Shown: in pieces, positions 9,339 to 15,231 of the stretch
How positions within the stretch are numbered: the first letter of the stretch is position 1
Layout: each line of letters opens with the position of its first letter
Assembly (NCBI GenBank): GCA_031409655.1
Contig: JANNXQ010000202.1
Span: 1 to 15,231, forward strand
Origin: Chthoniobacteraceae bacterium
GTDB lineage: Bacteria > Verrucomicrobiota > Verrucomicrobiia > Chthoniobacterales > Chthoniobacteraceae
Direction of reading: 5' to 3'
DNA length: 15,231 nucleotides
Notes under the pieces: model-generated
The model's database searches: none
What the model saw: the letters and a program-made list of their open reading frames with translations, nothing else
What the model was told of the DNA's origin: nothing
Made by a program: the position numbers and the translations under genes

Positions 9339-10037
9339 CTACCCGGCCATTGGGCGGTAGATCTTCGTCGTGCCGTTGACGGGATCGATCTGGAGCGTGA
9401 AAAAGTTCGCCGGTGGACGCAGCGTGCCGTCCACCTTCTCGGGCTTATCATTCGAGCCGTGCAAAGTGATGAACCATTGGCTGGCTGGTCCCAGCGTCGT
9501 CGAGCCATCGGGCAGGAAGCGGAAGGAAACGTAGTCGTACTGCTTCTTGATGCCGCGCGGGAGTTCCACGGCGGACTTGTCATTCTTCACCTCATCGGCC
9601 GTGACGATCGCCGAGAGCTTGCGATCGATGATCGTCGAGACACTGGACTCGGCATCGTCGGGACTGGAGCCGATCATCACGGAGAGCGGCAACTCCTCCA
9701 ACTTGCCCAGAGGCAGCGCCGCACCCGAGGAGAGCACCTCGAAAACCTGGAGCGCGCGGAACTGGCCCTTCTCGGGCTTCGTGACATCTTCACCGGGCGT
9801 GTCGGGATCGGAGAAGCGGTAGAAGCGCACCTCGACGGTGGCGTTTTTGCTCAGCGCAAATTGACGGGCCAGGTTCATCTGATCCACGAGCATCTGGGAG
9901 GCCTGGGTGAGGCTGGAGCCCTGGAGCATGGAGTTGACAGCGGGCACCGAAAAAGCGGCGAGAATCGCAATGACGGCGATGACGACGACGAGTTCGACGA
10001 GCGAAAAGGCGCGCGAGCGTGAGGGGGAGATAGTCAT
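9339..10037 (-). CDS. Verru_Chthon cassette protein D-like, prepilin-type N-terminal cleavage/methylation domain
   Basis: RA|FSLVELVVVIAVIAILAA type IV pilin-like N-terminus. ARQFALSKNATVEVRFY, YVSFRFLPDGST and NFFTLQIDPVNG..KIYRP match my recollection of the TIGR02596 family. Confidence 0.85.
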   Translation of the reverse strand: MTISPSRSRAFSLVELVVVIAVIAILAAFSVPAVNSMLQGSSLTQASQMLVDQMNLARQFALSKNATVEVRFYRFSDPDTPGEDVTKPEKGQFRALQVFEVLSSGAALPLGKLEELPLSVMIGSSPDDAESSVSTIIDRKLSAIVTADEVKNDKSAVELPRGIKKQYDYVSFRFLPDGSTTLGPASQWFITLHGSNDKPEKVDGTLRPPANFFTLQIDPVNGTTKIYRPMAG

Positions 10038-10137
10038 GGGGCGAAACGGATCAGAGGATCACGAATGTTTACAATGTATTGGCAGCGGACGGGGGCCTTG
10101 GCAAGTGGAGAGTCGGTGCATTCGCGGCCTGCGCTTC

Positions 10138-10166
10138 TTGCATGTTCGCTCCCGAGCCCGCACCCT
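10138..10166 (+). promoter_or_regulatory. Putative sigma70-type promoter for the permease operon
   Basis: TTGCAT-N17-CACCCT, 53 nt upstream of ATG 10220. The -10 matches the consensus only at A2 and T6. Confidence 0.35.
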
Positions 10167-10219
10167 AGCGCCTCTTTTTCCCACAAAGACTCTCCGCCGC
10201 GCAGACTCTCTCCCTTCCG

Positions 10220-11236
10220 ATGCCCTACTGGTTCTCGTTTCACTTTCAGGACTTCGCGTTTTCGTTCCTCAGCATTCTCCTGGAAGGGGTGCCTTTCGTG
10301 CTCCTCGGGTCGCTGATCTCCGGGGTCGTCGATGTCTTTGTCTCCTCGGAGCGCGTAGCGCGGATGCTCCCGAAAAACCAGGGCGTGGCCATCGTGCTCA
10401 GCGGCTTGCTCGGCCTCATCTTTCCGATGTGCGAATGCGGGAGCGTCATCGTCATCCGGCGCTTCATCCGCAAAGGGCTGCCGCTCGGCTGCGCGGTGAC
10501 CTATATGCTCGGCGCGCCCATCGTGAGCCCGATCGTGGCGTTGAGCACCTTTGCCGCATTCAAAGGACAGGATCCGCTGATGGTCACGGCGCTCCGGCTC
10601 GGCATCGGCTTTGCCCTGGCGGTTTTCGTCGGTTTCATCGTGCGGGGACTGCCACGGGCGGCGATTTTGCAGCCGGCGATGTTGGGTGAAGCGGGACGGC
10701 AGCGGGCTGGGTTGAGCGTCGCGCCGGAGCCGGCGATGCAGGAATTTTCCGCCGCTGCGGAGAAGGCCCCGCTCGGTCGCAAGCTGCTGCTCGCGATGCA
10801 ATCGGCGACCGCGGATTTCCTCGATGTCACCTTCTTCCTGATCATCGGCGCTGCGATCGCGAGCGTCTTCAATACGGCCGTGAATCAGGAAGTCATCCTG
10901 CCCTTTGCCCAGCATCAGCCGACGGCGATCGTGTCCATGATGATCCTCGCAGGCGGACTCGCCCTGTGCAGCACCACGGACGCTTTCATCGCCGCCACCT
11001 TTGTGGCCTTCGCCCTGCCCGCGAAGCTCGCCTTCCTGCTCTTCGGCCCGATGTTCGACGTGAAACTTTTCTGGCTCTACGGCCTCGTCTTCAAGCGCCG
11101 CGCCGTTGCGCTGCTCGGGCTGGGGCTCTTCATCGCCATCGGCCTCATCTGCTGGCAGCTCTCGTCGCTAGAGCTGGACGAGCGCCTGCCGGTGCTCCCG
11201 CAGCCCGCCTTTGATTCCGCGAAACCTTCGCCTTAA
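10220..11236 (+). CDS. Predicted permease, DUF318/ArsP_1 (YcgR/YraQ-like)
   Basis: FLSILLEGVPFVLLG, FPMCECG..VIRR..RKG, TYMLGAPIVSP, LCSTTDAFIAA, LAFLLFGPMFDVK; multiple TM helices in two repeats. Confidence 0.88.
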   Translation: MPYWFSFHFQDFAFSFLSILLEGVPFVLLGSLISGVVDVFVSSERVARMLPKNQGVAIVLSGLLGLIFPMCECGSVIVIRRFIRKGLPLGCAVTYMLGAPIVSPIVALSTFAAFKGQDPLMVTALRLGIGFALAVFVGFIVRGLPRAAILQPAMLGEAGRQRAGLSVAPEPAMQEFSAAAEKAPLGRKLLLAMQSATADFLDVTFFLIIGAAIASVFNTAVNQEVILPFAQHQPTAIVSMMILAGGLALCSTTDAFIAATFVAFALPAKLAFLLFGPMFDVKLFWLYGLVFKRRAVALLGLGLFIAIGLICWQLSSLELDERLPVLPQPAFDSAKPSP

Positions 11237-11254
11237 ACTGCCTGCGCACCGCCC

Positions 11255-12157
11255 ATGAACACCCTTTTCTCCCGCTGGCTGCCCTGTGCCACTCTCACCA
11301 CCTGGAGCGCGATCCTGCTCACGGTCTTTTACACTGGCCGCGTGCGCGCGCTGCTCGCGCCGGAATTCCACCCCGGCGTGCTCATCGCCGGGATCGTCAT
11401 GGCCTTGATGGCCCTCGTCTTTCTCCTCCTGCCAGTCGATGCGGGCTGCTGTTCGGCCACCGATTGCAGCCACTCGCTCTCCCGCCTCGCTTCCGGGAAA
11501 ATCCTCACCTTCCTGATGTTGCTCTTGCCGATCAGCGCCGCCGCCGTTTTCTCGCCGGAAGGTTTCAGTGCAAACTTGGTGAAGAATCGCGGCCTGATCA
11601 CCGACGTGACCCAGCTCGGTGGCTCCGCGCGCTTCAATCCTGCGCCTCCCGAAATGCCGCTGCCGGGCAAAGACGCGACTCCGCCGGCCGCGCCCGATGC
11701 GCCCGGCGATGCGGCCACCCCGTCAGTCGCCGCCGCCGCGCCCGCGCCTGCCCAGCCTGCCGAGATGGCCCCCGGCGATTATCTTCAGCGCACCGCCGAC
11801 GGCACGATCATGGCCGAGGTCCTCGACCTCCTTTACGCTGCGCAGGACAACACCCTCCGAAAAGATTTTGAGGGGAAGAAGATCGAACTCATCGGCCAGC
11901 TCATGCCCGACCCCGCAGCGACCGCCGGAGGCAAACGCTTCAAGGCCGTGCGCATGTTCATGACCTGCTGCGCCGCGGATGCGCGCCCGATCGCCGCCGC
12001 CATCGAATCCGCCGAACTCCCGAGCTTCCCGGAGATGACGTGGATCAAAATCACCGGCACCTCGACCTTCCCGATCGAGAATGGCCGCCGCATCTCCGTG
12101 CTGCAGGCCGACAAGGTCGAGAAGACCACGCCTCCGGAGGAGTCGATGCTCTATTGA
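11255..12157 (+). CDS. DUF1980 / TIGR03943 (YcgQ-like) membrane protein, putative permease partner
   Basis: Three N-terminal TM helices, then FEGKKIELIG, RMFMTCCAADA, TWIKITG and a C-terminal P..P....Y ending. 18 nt downstream of the DUF318 permease, the usual arrangement. Confidence 0.85.
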   Translation: MNTLFSRWLPCATLTTWSAILLTVFYTGRVRALLAPEFHPGVLIAGIVMALMALVFLLLPVDAGCCSATDCSHSLSRLASGKILTFLMLLLPISAAAVFSPEGFSANLVKNRGLITDVTQLGGSARFNPAPPEMPLPGKDATPPAAPDAPGDAATPSVAAAAPAPAQPAEMAPGDYLQRTADGTIMAEVLDLLYAAQDNTLRKDFEGKKIELIGQLMPDPAATAGGKRFKAVRMFMTCCAADARPIAAAIESAELPSFPEMTWIKITGTSTFPIENGRRISVLQADKVEKTTPPEESMLY

Positions 12158-12160
12158 ACC

Positions 12161-12275
12161 CCGGGAGCGCCGCCGTCCCGTGCGGCATCGCCCCGTGCGC
12201 GCGAAGCGCGACTGAAACGAAGAGGCGCTGCGCGGAGGGCGAGGGATGCCGCACGGGGACGGCGGCGCTCCCAGG
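12161..12275. repeat. Long GC-rich inverted repeat (REP-like), probable bidirectional terminator
   Basis: GGGAGCGCCGCCGTCCC-GTGCGGCATC (12163-12189) pairs with GATGCCGCACGGGGACGGCGGCGCTCCC (12245-12272) with one bulged base, plus an imperfect inner stem. Fills the gap between convergent stops at 12157 and 12285. Confidence 0.9.
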
Positions 12276-12284
12276 AAGCAGGCT

Positions 12285-13445
12285 CTACGTTTGGGCCGTG
12301 GCTGCGGGCGTCGCGTCGCGGTGGGTGGGCTCGGGTTTTCCGGGGCGGAAATGTTCGAGGTGATCGAGCTCGGCGGTGAGGCCGGGAAAGCGGATGGCGA
12401 GGGCGGCGACGGCGTCGCGGACGGCGTCGCGGAGGGCTTCAGGGGAGGCTTCGGCGCGGGCGTTGACGATGAGCTGGCCGCCGGTCACCGGGGCTTCGAG
12501 CGAGAGCGAGAGTTCGGGGACGAAATCGCTACGGACGAGATTGATCGCGGCGATGTCGCCGAGTCCGTCGTCAGGGCTGAGGGTCATTTTCAAGTGCGCG
12601 ATTTCTGCCGGAGCAAGGCGCTGCTGGATGTCGCTGGCGAGTGTTTTCAGGACAGCGTCGGAGTCGAAGCCGGTGGGGTGAGCGAGCTGCACGGTGGCGT
12701 TCAACCAGCCAAGCAGGGCCTCGCCTTCCGCGTAAATTTCGTAGTCCACTTCCATCGTCGTGCGAGCCTGCTGCTCGCTGGCCGCGAGGCGCTCGAACCA
12801 TTCGGCGACGCCGCGATTTTCCCGGACCGAGACGGCGAGGATTTCCGCGTGGGGAAACTCCGCCTGGAGCCGTGCTCGCAGTTGATCGAGCGCCGGCGCG
12901 TCGAGCAGTTCGCTCTTCGAGATGACGATGAGGTCGGCCTCCTCGAGCTGTTTGCGGTAGATGTAGAGGACTTTTTCGGAGAAGCGTCCGCCTTCCGCGA
13001 GGCCGAAGATGCGGGCGGCGCGGACGGGATCGACGAGCACGCTGAGCGGCGCGATGGCGAAGCGATCGCCGTAGATACGCCGCAGGGGATAGGTGACCGT
13101 GGCCACGAGATCGGTGCAGCTCCCGACCGGTTCGGCGATGAAGACATCGGGGCGCGTGGTCTCGTCGAGTTTGCCGGCAGCATCGACGAGCGAATTGAAC
13201 CGGCAGCAAAAACAGCCGCCGGGAATCTCCTCCGTGGCAAAGCCTTTCGAGCGCAGCATCGCGGTATCGACGAGTTCGCTGCCCTGGTCATTCGTGATCA
13301 GCCCGACGCGCGCACCCTGCCGGACCAGATGCTGCGCGAGCGCGGCGACGGCGGTCGTTTTCCCTGCGCCGAGAAAGCCGCCGATCATGATGTAGCGAGC
13401 GCGGGCGGATTTCAGATTGGGGATTTCGGATTTCAGATTGGTCAT
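12285..13445 (-). CDS. CobW/HypB/UreG (G3E, COG0523-related) P-loop GTPase, putative metallochaperone
   Basis: Walker A GGFLGAGKTT, ITNDQG..LVD, GGCFCC (Cys at 13203-13214), EPVGSC, KQLEEADLIVISKSE. ATG 13445 overlaps the upstream TGA (ATGA). The ORF-track start at 13652 lies inside the upstream gene. Confidence 0.9.
   Translation of the reverse strand: MTNLKSEIPNLKSARARYIMIGGFLGAGKTTAVAALAQHLVRQGARVGLITNDQGSELVDTAMLRSKGFATEEIPGGCFCCRFNSLVDAAGKLDETTRPDVFIAEPVGSCTDLVATVTYPLRRIYGDRFAIAPLSVLVDPVRAARIFGLAEGGRFSEKVLYIYRKQLEEADLIVISKSELLDAPALDQLRARLQAEFPHAEILAVSVRENRGVAEWFERLAASEQQARTTMEVDYEIYAEGEALLGWLNATVQLAHPTGFDSDAVLKTLASDIQQRLAPAEIAHLKMTLSPDDGLGDIAAINLVRSDFVPELSLSLEAPVTGGQLIVNARAEASPEALRDAVRDAVAALAIRFPGLTAELDHLEHFRPGKPEPTHRDATPAATAQT
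13407..13441. repeat. Five tandem heptamers inside the GTPase 5' end
   Basis: GGATTTC AGATTGG GGATTTC GGATTTC AGATTGG, encoding [12 protein letters not shown] on the minus strand. Confidence 0.85.
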
Positions 13446-13903
13446 GGGGATTCGTGGTGCTCCTGCTTTTCGAGAATGCGATCGATGGTCGTGTCGAGCA
13501 GCGCGCGGTAGGTGGCAAGGTCGCAGCATTTTGCATCGGGCGTGCCGTCCACGAGGTAGAGCCAGCCGGCGCCATACGGATCTTCGCCCACGGCCTCGAT
13601 CCGTTTGCCCAGCTCCGCATTGCCCCCGGCAAACTTTCCATCCGCCACGCAATAGATATCGCTGATCGCTTTGAAGCCTTCGATCGAACCGATGATCTCA
13701 CCGCTGGTCACCGTGTCGCCGGGCTTTTTCTCAAACTGCAAATCGACGATCTCTCCGAGCATCCGCGTCGCGAATTTCGTGAAACCCACGCGCCACGGGC
13801 CGTCCGCCTCGCGGGCCAGCCAGAAGTGCGACGGGCTGTAGAGACACTCGGTCGGGAGATGGGTGACGAAGTTGCTGCGCTTGTAGAAAGAGGTGGCCGA
13901 CAC
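13442..13903 (-). CDS. Glycine cleavage H-protein-like lipoyl-carrier protein (stand-alone, divergent)
   Basis: LP...[40 protein letters not shown] (lipoyl-Lys equivalent at 13670-13672), [13 protein letters not shown]. Start assigned to GTG 13903 (153 aa); the longer 273-aa ORF runs antisense into pyrH. Confidence 0.85.
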   Translation of the reverse strand: MSATSFYKRSNFVTHLPTECLYSPSHFWLAREADGPWRVGFTKFATRMLGEIVDLQFEKKPGDTVTSGEIIGSIEGFKAISDIYCVADGKFAGGNAELGKRIEAVGEDPYGAGWLYLVDGTPDAKCCDLATYRALLDTTIDRILEKQEHHESP

Positions 13904-14066
13904 GGTTTTTGGGGATGCCGAAGGACTACGCGGGAACCGCGAAGGTCGTGAAGTCTTATCAACAAGCAACGCTGATGGTGGGGAACGAGAAAGTCCGCGC
14001 GTCGCCGCCCGCTGCGGCACATTTCCCCTTCCCATCGCGGGGGGCATTCGCTTCCATCGGCGCGCG

Positions 14067-14816
14067 ATGCCGAAGCCCAAGACCAAAGCCCAAAAACCGA
14101 AGCCAAAATTCCGTCGCATCGTCCTGAAGATCAGCGGGGAAGCGCTCAAAGCGAAGGGTAGCGGCGACGTCATCTCACCAGAAATCGTGCGCCAAATCTG
14201 CGAGCAGATTCGCGAAGTCCACGCCATGGGCGTGCAGATCGCGGTGGTGGTGGGTGGGGGCAATATCTGGCGCGGGCTTTCGGCCAGTCATCGTGGGATG
14301 GAGCGGACGACGGCGGACTACATGGGCATGCTCGCGACGGTCATCAATGGCATGGCGTTGCAAAGTCAGCTCGAGGCGCTGGGCGTGGTGACGCGCGTGC
14401 AGACGGCGATCCACATGGAAAATATCGCCGAGCCCTTCATCCGTCGGCGCGCCATGCGGCACCTTGAACTCGGCCGCGTCGTCATCTTTGTCGCTGGCAC
14501 GGGCAACCCGTTCTTTTCCACCGATACGACCGCAGCTTTGCGCGCCAACGAGATCGGTGCGGAGGTCATTTTGAAAGCGACGAAAGTGGACGGCATCTAC
14601 ACCGCCGACCCGATGAAAGATCCGAAGGCGAAGCGCTACGACCGCCTGACCTTTAGCGACGCGCTTTCCCAGCGGCTCTCCGTCATGGATTCCACGGCCT
14701 TCAGCTTGTGCCTGGACAATAGAATGCCGATCATTGTCTTCGACTTGATGACCCCCGATAACATCAAGAACGTCGTCCTCGGCCGGAAGGTCGGGACCCT
14801 CGTCAGCGACACCTAA
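14067..14816 (+). CDS. pyrH: Uridylate kinase
   Basis: [65 protein letters not shown]. Start at ATG 14067 with a short Lys/Pro-rich extension. Confidence 0.97.
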   Translation: MPKPKTKAQKPKPKFRRIVLKISGEALKAKGSGDVISPEIVRQICEQIREVHAMGVQIAVVVGGGNIWRGLSASHRGMERTTADYMGMLATVINGMALQSQLEALGVVTRVQTAIHMENIAEPFIRRRAMRHLELGRVVIFVAGTGNPFFSTDTTAALRANEIGAEVILKATKVDGIYTADPMKDPKAKRYDRLTFSDALSQRLSVMDSTAFSLCLDNRMPIIVFDLMTPDNIKNVVLGRKVGTLVSDT

Positions 14817-14860
14817 AGTGCCGCGTCAGACCGCTCCGACAGAAACTTTACCCCACATTT

Positions 14861-15231
14861 ATGGACCCCGATGAAATCCTCCTCGATACCGAGGCCACCA
14901 TGGAGAAAGGCTTCGACTACATGGCTCACGAGTTTGCCGCGGTGCGCACCGGCAAGGCCTCGCCGGCGCTCGTGGAAAACATCGATGTGGAATGCTACGG
15001 AGCGATGATGAAGCTCAAACAAGTGGCCCTCATCACCACGCCCGAGCCGCGCCTGCTCGTCATCCAGCCCTTTGACACCGCCACGGTGCAGGCCATCGAA
15101 AAGGCGATCAAGGAATCGAAGATCGGCATCAATCCCGCGGTGGATGGGAAGATCATCCGGCTCCCCATCCCGCAGCTCAGCGAAGAGCGCCGCAAGGATC
15201 TCGTGAAAAGCATCAAGCAGATGGCCGAGGA
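14861..15231 (+). CDS. frr: Ribosome recycling factor (3'-truncated by window edge)
   Basis: Not in the ORF track because it has no stop in the window. Translates MDPDEILLDTEATMEKG...EFAAVRTGKASPALVE..V.CYG..LKQVA..PEPRLLVIQPFD..IEKAI..GINP..DGKIIRLPIPQLSEERRKDLVK. Follows pyrH. Confidence 0.97.
   Translation, partial: MDPDEILLDTEATMEKGFDYMAHEFAAVRTGKASPALVENIDVECYGAMMKLKQVALITTPEPRLLVIQPFDTATVQAIEKAIKESKIGINPAVDGKIIRLPIPQLSEERRKDLVKSIKQMAE

Noticed and set aside
10063..10082. AT-rich GAATGTTTACAATGTATTGG upstream of the permease as a Zur/Fur box
   Set aside because: Only a 4+1+4 palindrome (TACA-A-TGTA); lacks the longer dyad of Fur-family boxes. More likely part of the promoter of the divergent D gene.
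10107..10210. GGAGAGTC/GACTCTCC complementarity and a repeated AGACTCTC in the permease leader as a riboswitch
   Set aside because: Only 8 bp, the 5' arm lies upstream of the putative promoter, and no cobalamin, NiCo or yybP consensus is recognisable.
12246..13511. Plus-strand 421-aa ORF
   Set aside because: Antisense shadow of the G3E GTPase, starting within the inverted repeat.
13956..13964. TTATCAACA, a DnaA-box-like 9-mer
   Set aside because: Single copy with one mismatch; no box cluster or AT-rich unwinding region, so not an origin. Regulatory role unsupported.
13987..13997. GAGAAAGTCCG resembles the RNase P RNA 5' conserved GAGGAAAGTCC motif
   Set aside because: Imperfect match, the intergenic gap is too short, and no 3' conserved element is present.

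Overview
GC-rich bacterial DNA, most likely Verrucomicrobiota (Chthoniobacter/Spartobacteria-like, inferred from a Verru_Chthon cassette D gene, a DUF1592/DUF1552 pair and SD-less pyrimidine-rich leaders). Left to right: 3' end of a MotB/OmpA-like gene with a small Cys-tailed ORF; a glpT-glpQ operon; a PVC-type two-CxxCH DUF1592-family protein plus a Tat-exported DUF1552 protein; a membrane-anchored TPR (YfgM-like) protein; a Gfo/Idh/MocA oxidoreductase; an orphan Verru_Chthon D prepilin-like gene (-); a DUF318/YcgR-like permease plus DUF1980/YcgQ-like partner; converging on them a translationally coupled GcvH-like protein plus CobW/G3E-family GTPase (-); then pyrH and the 5' part of frr. Intergenic spaces hold two long REP-like inverted repeats and an inverted heptamer array, and a second heptamer array lies inside the GTPase N-terminus. 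The best candidate for an undescribed system is the stand-alone GcvH-like carrier + metallochaperone-type GTPase operon facing a Cys-motif permease pair. No rRNA, tRNA, CRISPR array or transposase was seen. All family assignments are from motif recognition, not database searches.
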